This document shows, piece by piece, positions 1 through 11,486 of a stretch of 61,693 bases of DNA (within the stretch, counting starts at the first letter, position 1; every line of letters starts with the position of its first letter). Source of the DNA: Cyanophora paradoxa CCMP329 (taxonomy: Eukaryota > Plantae > Glaucophyta); assembly GCA_004431415.1 (NCBI GenBank), contig QPMI01000153.1, forward strand, positions 1-61,693, in the 5' to 3' direction. A program made the translations under genes and the position numbers. The notes below the pieces were generated by a model. The model saw only the letters and a program-made list of their open reading frames with translations, made no database searches and was not told the origin of the DNA.

Positions 1-2
1 AG

Positions 3-119
3 AGGCTGCCGCAGGAGTACGCCTCGGCCGTGCGCTCGCTCTTCTACGGCAGCGGGCCCGAGCTGCGCGAGAAGCTCTGGCTTTACATCGAGCTCTTCGT
101 CGAGCTGACCTCGGAGTGA
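3..119 (+). CDS. 3' end of a hypothetical viral protein (partial)
   Basis: Frame 3 reads RLPQEYASAVRSLFYGSGPELREKLWLYIELFVELTSE* with GC3-biased codons. Confidence 0.5.
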   Translation, partial: RLPQEYASAVRSLFYGSGPELREKLWLYIELFVELTSE

Positions 120-148
120 AAAATATTTCTAAGGGGCAGGCGTAAAGG

Positions 149-943
149 ATGGACCCCTCGGCGATGCTTGGCTTCGAGGCGCTGGCCGTGGACGGGCCGA
201 ACCCCGTGGGAATCCCGCAGCCCGGAAGAAGGGCCGCCCCGCGAAGGAGGGCAAGGAAAAGGGGGAGAAGGCGCCGAAGGCCGACAGGATGGCGCTGCCG
301 GGCGACGGGCCCGCGGTGCCGCCGACGGCGCCGAGCAAGGGCGCGGGCTTCAGCGTGCAGGAGCACATCGAAATGACGAAGAAGAAGGAGCAGAGCGTGA
401 AAAAGGCGCTGGGAATCGACCTGCAGGAGCGGCCGCGGGACGAGGCGCAGGTGGACGTGGACGAGAAGAAGCAGGTCCTGCGACAGATCGCGCAGTACCG
501 GCGCTCGTTCGGGGGCGAGCTTACGTCACGAAGAAGCTGAGCCTGGCCACGCCGCTGGACGAGCTGAAGGAAGAGTACGAGGAGATTCAGCGCGAGCTGA
601 GAGCGCGGGTCGCTGGAGGCGGCGCGCCTCTTTCTGATCGCGGGCATGCACTCGCTGGAGCACCTGAACAAGGCGTACGATCCGATCGGCCTGAAGCTCG
701 ACGGGCTCGGCAGGCGACGCTCTCTTCGATGGACCAGGTGCAGCCGATCTTAGAGGACTGGTGATCAAGTACTCGCGCTACGTGACCCTGGGGCCCGAGG
801 CGCGCCTGGGGATGGCCTGGTGCAGACGGTGCTGGCGTGCACGCGGCGAACGCGAACCCGGAGTAATGAAGGAGGTGACGGAGGCGGCGGCCTCGACGGC
901 GGCGGAGCCCAGGGCGGTGGGCGGCAAGTTCAACGGCCTTTGA
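149..943 (+). pseudogene. DUF5767-like NCLDV conserved protein, frameshifted
   Basis: Stitched frames give KKLSLATPLDELKEEYEEIQRE...LEHLNKAYDPIGLKLDGL...PILEDW-IKYSRYVTLGPEARL. This resembles the NCLDV pattern 'LN..YDPF.LKLDGW...YEKY...PE.KL', recalled from memory. Confidence 0.55.
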
Positions 944-995
944 GTGTAAACGCGTGTAATCAATTGCACAAAAATTCACAATTTATTCGTCCGAG

Positions 996-1767
996 CTACT
1001 GCATGGGGCTGCGTACATAGACTCGGGGTTTAGGTAGGGCTCGAAATCGCCTCGTTGTCGTAGGCTTGAAGGCCAGCTCGGGGGCGCGCCCGGCGAAGCG
1101 AAAGGCGCCGACCTTGCACTGCTGCACGGCGAGGAAGGACCACTTGAGGCCGAACTTGCCCTCGGGGATGGCGTAGGCGGTGTCGATTTTAATGAGCGCC
1201 GCCACCAGGTCTCCGGTGCCGATGGTGGCGCGCTCGGTGATGAGGTAGTTGGACATGTCGACGACGGGCACGGTCTTGCGCTTGCCCGCCATCGTCTGGG
1301 TGCGGATGCGCATGTTGAGGTACTTGTAGAAGGCCTGGCCCGACTCCTTGTCGACCTTGATGCGCACGCTGGGGGTCTGCAGCACCGAGATCTGATCCTT
1401 GGAGAGGGAGCGGCCGGGCGAGACCTTGAGCTTGGCCTGGTTCTGCTGCACGAACTCGCAGAATTTCGCGTCCAGGGCCTCCAGCAGCTTGAGGAACTCG
1501 TCCGCGGCTGGTTCGTCTGGCCGTCGACGGCGCTGAGATCGGTGAGGTCCAGCGTGTAAATCCGCCGTTTTCTTCCATGACGAAGCCTTCTTCTCGTCGC
1601 TCCACGCCTTGCCTTGCTCTGTGTTGATGCACGGTTGATCGTGACCATGGGCGGCGCGTACATCATGAGGCCTGCAGGCCGTCGTACTTGGCTTGATGCG
1701 GCCGGTGCGTCGATCTCGAAGGCGAGCTTGGCGGGGTCGATCTCGTTGGCGTTGCGGACGGTGCCAT
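996..1767 (-). pseudogene. NCLDV-type OB-fold ssDNA-binding protein (gp2.5/DUF2738-like), frameshifted
   Basis: ATG at 1767 (MAPSAT../..NANEIDPAKLAFE). Later segments: YTLDLTD...EFLKLLEALDAKFCEFVQQNQ...GDLVAALIKIDTAYAIPEGKFGLKWSFLAVQQCKV, with the C-terminal 'KFGLxW...Q' OB-fold signature. Confidence 0.55.
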
Positions 1768-1879
1768 GTTTGCGTTAGCTTAGAGTGTGCTTCAGCCTAG
1801 CGCTAGAAATATTAAGGGCGCCCACCCGACTTCAGCTGACCTCGGGTGAGCGCTCAGGTGATTCAGGTAAAACACGTGT

Positions 1880-2170
1880 TCAATTCACCATCAGATCCTC
1901 TACGACGGCTACACGAATCGAGCTAATCTTGAACCTGCCTACAATGCACTTCTCTCTCCACAGTACGATCTCGTTCTTGAGGGGAGCAGTTGAATCCAAT
2001 CATACTCATCGCCTTGCGGTGCTCCGACGAAATGTCGCGAAGGAGCTTGCAGAAGTAGAACGTGTTTCGGTCGAACTCATCGTCGTATATGACGTATGCG
2101 AGATGCCGAAGGTGAGACAGCAGGTGAAGTACGTGGGATGCACATTCTTGATTTCTCTTGGCTTTGAAGT
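1880..2170 (-). pseudogene. Small hypothetical ORF, frameshifted
   Basis: Stitched AYVIYDDEFDRNTFYFCKLLRDISSEHRKAM.../LKNEIVLWREKCIVGRFKISSIRVAVVEDLMVN*; lower GC than flanks. Confidence 0.3.
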
Positions 2171-2266
2171 GTGAGAGAGGGCGCGGCGGGGCTGCGGTTT
2201 TGAGGCCGTTCAGGTGAGGTCAGGTGAGCGCTCAGCTGAGTTTCAGTGAGGCAACTTGAAAATTCG

Positions 2267-2330
2267 GCGTCATTTACGTCCGCGTCATTTACGTCAGCGT
2301 CATTTACGTCACGGAGTTGGGACTCGGCCC
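2267..2330. repeat. Three tandem GCGTCATTTACGTC units (partial copy of the control repeat)
   Basis: Directly visible; same unit as in 3117-3692. Confidence 0.9.
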
Positions 2331-2403
2331 TGGCCCCGGCCCAGGCCTCGCCCGTAAAAAAAGGACTTGGACTTGGCGCCATTTTCTAAAGCTCTGCTGT
2401 ACC

Positions 2404-2950
2404 ATGGAGCCCGCTATCTCCCAGCTAGTCTCTCAGGCGCCAAGCTCGACAAGGCCCTGAACATCTACCTTCAGCTGATCGAGCTGGCCTGGCCCGAGCC
2501 AATGATAGCTCAGGCCTGCAAATCGCTCCACGTGGCGTTCGATGCGCCGTTCTCAGTGACCCGGATCAGGTGACATCCTGGACCAAGGAGGAGATAAAGG
2601 CCGACTTCGAGGCGCTTTTCTCATTTATGAGCAAGAAGTATGCCGAAATCGAAGCAGCTAAGCCTCAGCAGCCGAAGGCGGTGAAGCCCAGCCGAAGGCC
2701 CTGCCGGCGACCAAGGCACCGAAGTTCAAGGCGCTGGGCCCCTTGCAGAGGGCGAAGGCCAAGGCGACCTGCGACCGCGTAGGCCCAAGGACATAGCCAA
2801 GGAGGCAAGCGCCACAGGCCGGACTGGCCGGCGCCGCGCCCTACCGCTACCTCAAGCTGGACAAGAGCAACGATACCGGCTTCACCAGGAGGAGTGGCCT
2901 GAGCCCTCAGGTGGCTGGAGCCAAGGGAGATCAAGGCCGGAGGCGGTATC
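2404..2950 (+). pseudogene. Hypothetical viral protein, frameshifted
   Basis: ATG preceded by ATTTTCTAAA. Fragments LDKALNIYLQLIELAWPEPMIAQACK and SWTKEEIKADFEALFSFMSKKY. Confidence 0.45.
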
Positions 2951-3039
2951 GAGCTAGCGCTAGCGCTGGCGCGGCGGCGGTGCAGACTTGGAGGAGCAGG
3001 CCCTGCTAGATACCATCAACTTGGGCAAGGTAGAGCTGT

Positions 3040-3692
3040 GATATCTAGCTAGCTAGCGCTTGCTAATTAACTCAACTGAAGTTACCTACATTTACTGAAG
3101 GGTTGCGGAGGTTACCGAAGGTCGCGTCATTTACGTCAGCGTCATTTACGTCACGGAGTTTGCCGGCGACTCGGACTCGGGCCCAACTTCTCCGGTAAGT
3201 TCGAGACTTGGAAAAATAGGGTATCCCTATTACTTATCGTTATTATTATTACTATTATCGTTATTCACATTGAATGAATGCTTAAATCTATAAAAGCTGT
3301 ACCAGTATCGGTGGCTACTAGTACTAAGCTAGTAGTACTAAGTAGTACCAAGTAGTACTAAGTAGTACTACGTAGTACTAGCGGTACTAGTAGCTACTGG
3401 TCGTGACGAACTTACCGGGAGAAGTTGGCCCGAGTCCGAGTCGCCGGCAAACTCCGTGACGTAAATGACGCGACGTAAATGACGCGACCCTTCAGGTTAA
3501 TTAATTAAGCAAGCGCTAGCGCTAGCTAGCTAGATATCGATACCACCTAGCTAGTAGCACTAGGACACTAGGACACTAGGACACCGGGGGTACCCCGCCG
3601 AGTTCAAGTCTCGAACTTACCGGGAGAAGTTGGCCCGAGTCCCGAGTCGCCGGCAAACTCCGTGACGTAAATGACGCGGACGTAAATGACGC
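3040..3692. repeat. Long inverted repeat (about 3040-3210 vs 3407-3538) around an AT-rich AGTACT-repeat core, plus a third copy at 3605-3692
   Basis: GCGTCATTTACGTCACGGAGTTTGCCGGCGACTCGG...CTCCGGTAAGTTCG and its reverse complement. The core carries (AAGTAGTACT)n-like repeats. Confidence 0.9.
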
Positions 3693-3759
3693 AAATCCAT
3701 TGGAGCTACGTTCGCACACTCCGGACGCCTCCCACAATTTTCCAAGGTACCCAGCAAGC

Positions 3760-3960
3760 ATGGACTTCACCGATTGCGCAGGTATCAAGCAGGAGCCTGA
3801 GGACCTTCTCACCGCCGCCGCCTCGGCGCCCAAGCAGCGCCGCCGCCGCGGGCCCAAGTCCCTCTGCTCCGAGCCCGAGATCCTGGCGGCTCCGGCGCGC
3901 GGGCCGGAGACCGTGGACCTGACCCTGGAGGAGCCGGCGCGCGCCCGCCGCGCCTTCTGA
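3760..3960 (+). CDS. Small hypothetical protein (MDFTDCAGIKQEPED...), basic KQRRRR stretch
   Basis: ATG after AATTTTCCAAG; ORF 3700-3960. Confidence 0.4.
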   Translation: MDFTDCAGIKQEPEDLLTAAASAPKQRRRRGPKSLCSEPEILAAPARGPETVDLTLEEPARARRAF

Positions 3961-4056
3961 TCCTTGCGGCGGCGGCGGCCGCGCTCTACTACGCCGCCCG
4001 GCGCCTGGGCCCGCAGCTCTCGGGCCTGGTCCGGAACCTTTTCTAAGTCTTGCCCA

Positions 4057-4397
4057 ATGGAGGCCCTGCTAGATCTCATGGCCTTTGCGTTGCCCATCTT
4101 CTTCCTGGTAGGCCTCAGCCGCATGGAGCGCGAGGCGCGCCAGCCCGAGCGCGTCGAGCGCGGCCTCACCCCGCAGAGCAGCGCAACCTCACCGAGTGGG
4201 ACCTGGCGCTCATGGCCGGCCGCATGCTCGACGGCAACCGGCTCGAGCCGGGCCACCGCCTCAAGCTAGAGGACGGCGGCACGGCCCTCTGGGACGGCGA
4301 GGCCTGGAAGCACGATTCGACGGGCGAGCCGATGAAGCTGCTCGCCTCCGGCAACAAGTACTGGCGCGGCGACTCGATGGAGTTCCGGCGCCCGTGA
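4057..4397 (+). CDS. Small protein with N-terminal hydrophobic anchor, frameshifted
   Basis: MEALLDLMAFALPIFFLVGLSR... joined to LTEWDLALMAGRMLDGNRLEPGHRLKLEDGGTALWDGEAWKH... Confidence 0.5.
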
Positions 4398-4443
4398 TTG
4401 CTAGTGATTTTCTGGTCCTCTTCTACCCTTCTACCAGCAAAGA

Positions 4444-4726
4444 ATGCCCGACCCCTCGCCCGACCCGCCGCAGGTGCCGAGAGCGCGGGCAGCTCGGACG
4501 AGTACTCCGAGCTCACGGATCCCGACCCCGACGAGCCGGCGACGCCTTCGCGACGGAGAACGAGCGCTCCCTCATGCGCGTCTACGAGGCGCTGCGCGAG
4601 GCGATCTACTGGGAGGATCCCCGCCTGGGAACCCTGATGAACTTTGCAAAGTTCGCCGAGTTCATGTTCGCTATGACCGTGCCCTTCACCCGAGTCGTGC
4701 TCTGGGATAGGAACAGGAACTGGTAA
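4444..4726 (+). CDS. Small acidic NCLDV-like hypothetical protein, frameshifted
   Basis: ...DAFATENERSLMRVYEALREAIYWEDPRLGTLMNFAKFAEFMF, similar in pattern to small conserved algal-virus proteins. Confidence 0.45.
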
Positions 4727-4752
4727 AGCATTGAATACAACAGTACAGAGCC

Positions 4753-5127
4753 CTACGAGCTAGAGCTGCTATCGCCCGAGTCCAGGCGCGCCTTCTTGGC
4801 CTTGGAGCGGCGGAGGCGGGAGACGTACTGCAGGCGCAGGTTGCGCACTAGGAGCTCGCCGGCCGTGGTGCCCGGCAGCCCGGGAACCGAGTCCGTGGGC
4901 AGCAGCTGTCCCTCGCGTATCGCCTTGTACGTCTTGCGCTTGTTGAATGCAACCTTCTCCGTATCCTCCGCGACCGGGACCTCCAGCGCCAGCGCGCGCT
5001 TGGCCTTCTTGGTGGAGACTGCGTTCGCACGCTCCAGCTTCACTCCGGGCTCCAGGGGGGTAGGGGCGACTGCGTTCGCCACCGGGTTCTCAGCGAAGGA
5101 AACACGGGGGGAAGAGCCGCCGCGCAT
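4753..5127 (-). CDS. Basic hypothetical protein, 124 aa
   Basis: Intact ORF with ATG after TATTTTCTAAAG. Confidence 0.55.
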   Translation of the reverse strand: MRGGSSPRVSFAENPVANAVAPTPLEPGVKLERANAVSTKKAKRALALEVPVAEDTEKVAFNKRKTYKAIREGQLLPTDSVPGLPGTTAGELLVRNLRLQYVSRLRRSKAKKARLDSGDSSSSS

Positions 5128-5139
5128 GGTTCGCTCGCT

Positions 5140-5541
5140 TTACCTAGCCTTTAGAAAATAGTCGAGCTGGGCGCTCTGCAGGCGCGCGCCCTGGTAGGCG
5201 CCGCGCAGCTGCCACGCGAGCCAGATCGCAAGGAGCACGGCGGCGACGCCGGCGGCGATCTTGGCGTAGTGCCAGCCCTTCATCGCAAGCTCCGGCACGG
5301 CCGCAACCGCCTGCCCGACCTTCACGCCCGCGGCGCCCGTCCGATCGATTCCCGTCAGCGTGCTGCCGAGTGCGCCCGCGGCCACGTCGGCCCAGGGAAG
5401 CTTGCCGTCGTTCTTTAGGATGAGCTCGTTGTTCTTGCGCTCGATCGTCGTGCTGATCGCCGCGGCCAGGTTGAAGCTCGGCGGCGGCTGCGCGCTCTTC
5501 GGTCCGAAGACCTTGGTCAGCACGGCGTCCACCCAGCCCAT
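5140..5541 (-). CDS. Small membrane protein (MGWVDAVLTK..., C-terminal TM helix)
   Basis: Intact frame; hydrophobic IAAGVAAVLLAIWLAW. Confidence 0.6.
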   Translation of the reverse strand: MGWVDAVLTKVFGPKSAQPPPSFNLAAAISTTIERKNNELILKNDGKLPWADVAAGALGSTLTGIDRTGAAGVKVGQAVAAVPELAMKGWHYAKIAAGVAAVLLAIWLAWQLRGAYQGARLQSAQLDYFLKAR

Positions 5542-5567
5542 CTTTGACCTAGACTTCGAAAAACTAT

Positions 5568-6040
5568 CTAAATGACCAGGCCGCGCAGGTACCAGACCAT
5601 CAGGAGCGAGCCGCCCAGCGCCACCAGCAGCGGCAGGTGCCCGTCCACGGCGCGCCGCATGCGGTTGTCGCACAGCTCCTGGCAGCTCAGCCGGTTGGCC
5701 TCGTCGAAGTAGGCGCTCACGGCGTAGGGGCGGCGGCCGGCGGGTGCAGCCCCGGCCCAGGCACGGGTAGGCCTCCGCCTGCCGCCGCGCGGCCAGCGCC
5801 GCCGTCGCCGCGTGCGCCGCCTCCCTCTGCCCCGGCGCGATCGCCACGAGGGGCAGCGCCCCCACGCTCCTGCCCTTGCCCGCCCCTTGATCGTTTTCAG
5901 CGACGGCGGCGCGGATCCGCCGCCTTCACCCTGGCCCCTCCGCCGCCGCCCGCCTTAGCCCTCGCCGCCTCGCCGATCTTGCTGCATCGCGAATCCGATT
6001 TGAACACGGTGCACAGCAGCTTCTCTACCGCGCTCGACAT
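5568..6040 (-). CDS. Small Cys-containing membrane protein, frameshifted
   Basis: MSSAVEKLLCTVFKSDSRCSK...RLSCQELCDNRMRR...PPLLVALGGSLLMVWYLRGLVI*. Confidence 0.45.
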
Positions 6041-6070
6041 CTTCGAACGTGTAACGAGAATGAAGAAAAT

Positions 6071-6322
6071 TTAAAAGGGAACGCCAACGGACTCGGAACT
6101 CGGAAAAGGGGAGGGGAGAATGAACTTTGAAAAGTTAGCGCCCGGCGGGGCGCATGCCGGCCGCCGCCTGCGAGGCGCCGCCGGGGCGTAGAGGGACTTG
6201 GCGGCGTAGCCGAAGCCCACGCCTATGACCGCCGAGGCCGTGGGGGTGCCGCCGAGGAGCCAGGTGAGGGTCGCGGCGAGGGCTCCTAGCGAGTAGTGGG
6301 CAGGATAAGCTTCGAAGGCCAT
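6071..6322 (-). CDS. Small hydrophobic protein
   Basis: MAFEAYPAHYSLGALAATLTWLLGGTPTASAVIGVGFGYAAK; 3' end uncertain. Confidence 0.5.
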   Translation of the reverse strand: MAFEAYPAHYSLGALAATLTWLLGGTPTASAVIGVGFGYAAKSLYAPAAPRRRRPACAPPGANFSKFILPSPFPSSESVGVPF

Positions 6323-6370
6323 CGCGGGACCGAATTGAGGGAGGGTTGAGAAAAAATACCGCCTCGGGCC

Positions 6371-9300
6371 TCAGTGGTGCAGGTGCCGGAAGCGCGCGTT
6401 GTCCTCGGCCTCCTCGCGCGCCGCCTGCTCCTCCGCCGCGTCGATCTTTGCCCGCGAGGCCTCGCGCGCCGCGGCCGACGCGTAGTCCTTGAGCACGGGC
6501 ACGCGCCGGTAGCTGTAGCCGAGGCCCTTCGCCAGCCCCGCCGACTCCGCCTCGAACGCCCGCCAGCGCTCCGAGGCCTCCGCCCCGGCGATCTGGCCGG
6601 CGCGGAAGCCGGAGTCCAGCTCGGCGCGGAAGGCGATGGTGGCCTGCAGGCGCTGGGCCCAGAGGCCTGGCGCCGCTCCTCCGCCTCGCGCGCCTGGCGC
6701 GCCGCCAGCGCCTGCCGCTCGGCCTCCTGCTGGCCCCGAAGCCCTGGATCGCGGAGAGGACGGCGCCGGGGCCGGGAGGGGCTGGGCCGTCGGCGCTCGC
6801 GGAGGAGGCCGAGCTCCCGTAGCCGCTCGGCCCGCGCCGCCGTTCGTCGGGGTACCCTGCCCTTGGATCAGGAGGGGGCGGGGGAGGGGGGTACGGGAGG
6901 GAAGGCGGGGGTACGCGGGCCGGACCTGGCGCGGCAGCATCTCGTCGATGCGCTGCTGGCCGGGGCGCTGCTGGGGGCCGTGGCGGGGGCTGGGCGGGAG
7001 GAAGGCCGGCGCCGAGTTGCGGGTGCGCTTGCCCTTGCCCTTGGTGTGGGGCTTGACGAGGAAGGGCCCGACGTCGGGCGCCGGGTCCTTGAACTGGGCG
7101 ACGGGGATCGCGATCGCCTCCAGCGCCGGCTGGCTCTCGCCGAGGGAGAGCGGGGCCTTGGGGACGATGCCGCGGATGTAGTCTGCCAGACGCCGCCGAG
7201 CTTGTAGGAGTAGGGGCGGCACCAGGAGCCGAAGCCGGCGAGGGTCTCGTCCAGCCGGCCGTTCTCGATGTCGGCGCCGACGGCGGCGGAGGTGTCGGGC
7301 CCTCCGTGCGCGCGATGTACTCGACGATGCCCGCGACGCTCGTCATGTAGCCCTCCGTGTTCGGGCGGCGACGTAGGTGGTGGGGTCGACGGCGCAGTGG
7401 GCGATGATGAAGCGGGTGAGGGACAGGAGGCCGTCTCCTGCCAGAAGCCGAGGCGCTGCGCCCGCAGCCACGCCGGCTCGAAGGCCTGGATGCAGGAGGC
7501 CTTGCCGTCGGAGAGCGCGTGGATGATCTTCCACGCGAAGGTGAAGGCCGCGACCATGAGCGCCGGCAGCTCGTTCTCGCGGATGTCGGAGTGGAGGTAG
7601 GTGCGCTTCTTGGCCGGCTTGTGGTCGAGGGGGATCAGGACGACGCGGGCGAAGAACTCGAGCATGCGGTTCTCGAGCTGCGCCGGGGCAAGTGAGAAAG
7701 GGCGCCGGGAAGGGGAAGGGGGGCAGGGGAACGGGCGCACCTGCGGGAAGCTGTTGCAGACGATGACAAGCACCTTGCGCGTCGCCTTGGTGCGCACATC
7801 GTCGCCGCGGACGTTCTTGAAGTTGCGGGAGTAGGCGTCGCCGGAGCGCATCTTGAGCTCCTCCTCCGAGCAGGCCTTAGGGTCGAGGCCCTCCGCCATC
7901 ACCATGCAGATCGCCTCCTCGCCGCCGTGCTCCGAGAAGGCCGAGCCCTTGGAGGGCGGTAGACGCAGACGCGGCCCGGCGGCAGGCACTCCGTCATGAT
8001 CTGCGTCACCATCGACTTGCCTGTGCCCGACTGGCCCTTGATGATGCCGCAGTACTGCAGCATGGCGCCCTCGGACGGCGGCTCGATCTCCGCGCGCGGC
8101 TCCCGGTCGAGACGGGCTTGTCGCAGAAGTTCCACGGCCCGACGAGGTTGAAGGCGTAGAGGACGGCCGCCGCGTAGCCGAACTCGTCGGCCGTCACGTA
8201 GCCGTTGTCCGCCAGGTGCTTGACGACGTTGGGCATGAAGGGGTGCAGCATGCCGTACACGGTGGGCCAGTCGCAGGTCTCGGTCGCCTCCTCGATGCCC
8301 GCGGCAGGCGCCCCTGGATGTAGCAGGTGTTCATGTAGCCCGCGTACCGCTCCCGTGCCTCCTCGTGCGTCATGACGAGGACGCAGGCGCTGCCCGTGCT
8401 GTCCTGCGGCGCCCGCACCACGAAATCTGCGCAAGGGGCGTCGGCGGGGGTACGGGGCGGGGCGCAGGGTACGGGCGGCGCACGCGTGTCGCAGGCGAAG
8501 GCGAAGCCGGGGATGACGGGCATCTCGGGGCAGACGTCCTCGAGCTGGAGGGACTCCTCCACGAACGTGCGCGTCGCCCGAGAGCACCTCTTCGAGAAGG
8601 TGAACTCGAAGGAGCCGGGGTTGGACTCGTAGGTCTTGTGGAAGGTCATCGCCAGCAGCTGGATGACCTCCTTCATCGTCCGCGCCCGGCGTGCCTGTTC
8701 GCGCTGACCTTGTCGTACACGAAGAGGTTCGGGAGCTCGACGTAGAAGGTGGGCGGGGAGTTCGGGCCGTAGGGTCTCTGGCGCACGATCCGCTGCGCGG
8801 CAAAAGGGGTTAGCGGGGTTCGAACGCGGGGAGGGGGGCGCACCGGCCGAAGGCGGCTCGGGCCCAGCGCCTTAAGCAGCTGGGCCACGGCCGCCTCCGG
8901 CCTCTAAGGGGCGGGCGCGCAGCTAAGGGGGCGGGGCGCACGTTGTTCTTGACGAAGAGGCGGAGCGCATCCTGAATGGCCGCCTCCTTCTTGGACTTGT
9001 TGTCCTTGCTGTACGTTGTCACGTCGTCGTACTTGGACATGTCGATCTCGGGCGCCTCGCGCGGCTGCACCGCCAGCTCCGCCCGCGCCAGCTCCAGCCT
9101 GGTGGCGCGCGGCGGCTCGCCGTCGCTCTCCGACGCCTGGCCGTCGTCGTGGTCCGCCTCCGCCTCCGCCCGCTGATCGCGCAGCAGCTGCCGCTCGCGC
9201 TCGCGCCGCTGCTGGGCCGGCGGGAGAGGCGGCCGCGCGGGGGCCGGAGGGGGCGGAGGGGGCATGTGGCCGAGGGAGGAGGCGGCGTGGCGACGGGCGT

Positions 9301-9801
9301 GCCCGCGGCGGCGAGGGATGGGCGGGCGAGGGGGTACCTGGACGGAGGGCGGCGGGCGCTGCGAGGGCTGCGAGGGGCGAAGGACTGAAGGCCGAGGGTT
9401 GCCGCTCGGGCGCCAGGAGACGTCGGAGGCGGCGGGCTGGCGGGGGCACGGGGCGGGCGGGCGGCGGGGGAGACGAGGGGCGGCCTGGGCCGGCGTCGCC
9501 GGGCTCGTCGTCCGAGAACTCCTCGATGGGCGGCGGCGGGCGCCGTCGAGGGAGGGGAGGGCGGGAGGGGTAGAACTCGTCGACGGGGGCTCGGGCTCGA
9601 AGGTGTCCCCCGCCCCGCCTCCACCGTCGCCGCCAGCTCCGCATCGGGCTCGCCCTCGCGCTCGCGCTCGCGCTCCAGCTCCATCGCGTACTCCTCCGCC
9701 ACCTCCAGCTCGCGCGAGGCCTTCGCGTCCGCCGCCGCGCCAGCGCGGCCTCCATCTCCATCTCGCGCTCGCCTCCAGCTCCTCCTCTGTGGCAGGGTCA
9801 T
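6371..9801 (-). CDS. D5-like superfamily 3 helicase, multi-exon, with low-complexity N and C extensions and frameshifts
   Basis: Walker A GQSGTGKS (8013-8036), degenerate Walker B (CMVMAE), motif C VIVCNSFP and Arg-finger region FARVVLIP. GT-AG introns at about 7678-7740, 8427-8483, 8793-8843 and 8904-8941. Confidence 0.65.
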
Positions 9802-9829
9802 TCCTTTGCGCCTCTGGAACGCCCTAGGC

Positions 9830-11486
9830 TCAGAAATTAGGGCGGGGAGGGCGCACCGGCCGCCTTGGGGCCGCCGCCTCCATCTCCTCGCCGAGATCGC
9901 GCCGCGCCGCCGGGGCACCCGCCTCCTCCTCCTCGAACCGCAGGTCGATGTAGGCGCCTTGCCCTTGCCTTGCCCTTCGCCTGGGCCTGGGCCTGGCCAC
10001 GCGCATGGCGCGCGCGAGGCCTCCGCCGTGATCATGCTGCCGCCGGCCCGGGCGCCCGAGGCGGAGGCCGTCGCCTCGCCGATCGCCGCCTGGAAGGCCG
10101 CGGCCATCGCCTGGCCGGCGCGCGGCAGGCTCCGCGCCCGCTCCAGCTCCTCCTCCGTGAAGTCCAGCGCCCGGGCCGCGGCGGCGGCCTCGGCCTCGCG
10201 CTCCGCCTCGGAATCCGAGTCGGAATCCGAGGACTCCGCGGCCGCGAGCATGGGCGGGGCGGGAGGCGGCGGCGGCGGCGGCGGCGGCCGCCTTGTCGAA
10301 GACGGGGACGAAGAAGGTGAGGGCGAGGGTGCGCCGCGGCACCACGTACTTCACGGCGCCGTGGATCATGGGCCGCCCGTGCGAGTCCGGCATCGAGCAC
10401 CGGCGGATGACCTGCGAGGGGTTTAAATGGCATCTAAATAGTCTAAATAGCATCTAAATAGCATCCAAATAGAAACGGCGCACCTGCACGCGGTCGCCGA
10501 TGGTGACGCCGGGCACCTCGAACTCAGGAACCAGGTCGAAGGCGCAGATGCCCTGGCGCCCGTGGCGGTCCCGGCACGTCCGGCAGGCCGCCTCCAGCAC
10601 GATGCGGATGGCGTAGGCGTCGGTGAGGACGCCGGTGTCCGGCCGCTCGCCCCAGACCGCCGAGCTCTCGTGGCGCGTGATGAACGCGCGGCTGTTCCGC
10701 ATGATGCAGCGCGCCTCGACGCCCATGATGCCCTTCGCCAGCCTCTGCGGGCCGGCGGGGTCGGCGGGAGGGCGGCCGCGGCTGCACGGGCGGCCGGGGG
10801 CGCACCTCGGGCGTGTAGGCCGGGTCCGAGCTGAGCACCAGCAGCCAGAGCAGGTGCGGGGCCGCCTCCGCCATGCGGTTGAAGTAGAACTCCTCCGGGC
10901 CCGCCAGCAGGCCAATCGTGCGCCACTCGCCCTTGGCGATGTGCCGGGGCACGGCGCCCATGAGCAGCCGCAGGCGCTGCGCCGCGAACAGCCGGCGGGC
11001 GTCGGAATCGCGCCCGGGCTTCGGCTTGCTCGGCGTGTCGAAGTTCTCCTCCGTCATGTTCAGCGCCGCGTGCATCGCCCGCACGTCCGCGTCCTGCGAG
11101 CGCGGCGGCGCCTCAGCCGCTGCGAGCCGGGCGCGTGAGGGAGAAAGAGGCAGCGAGCACCTCCGCGAGCCGCAGCCGCGACAGGACGGAGTCGATGGAG
11201 AACTGCACCGACGGGCCGGGGCACCCTCGGCGTTCAAAGTCCGCGCCGCGGCGAGCTTGCGCTTGCGCTCGGCCAGCTCGGTCTTGCGCAGCACATCCTT
11301 GCTGCTCGGGCTGAACTGCATGCCATCCTCCAGCGCACGCGCCTGCGCCTCCTTCGCCTGGTCGCTGATGCCGGCCTCGAAAACCGTCCAATCGACGCCG
11401 AAGCTGTCGCCGACGCAGAGAACGTCGTACAGCGTGTTCTTCGCCAGCTTAGCCGGGATCTCCGGAGGGAGCGCGAGCCGAGACAT
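9830..11486 (-). CDS. Hypothetical multi-exon protein within the element
   Basis: Coding-like segments (MSRLALPPEIPAKLAKNTLYDVLCVGDSFG..., IVLEAACRTCRD) separated by GT-AG introns, one containing CATCTAAATAG-like tandem repeats (10430-10472). Confidence 0.5.

Noticed and set aside
2267-3692. CRISPR array
   Set aside because: Repeats are 14-bp units that abut or are inverted, with no unique spacers and no cas genes, in a eukaryotic context.
6371-9801. Helitron or Polinton assignment
   Set aside because: The helicase is SF3-type rather than Pif1. No HUH Rep, pPolB or rve integrase motifs were recognised.
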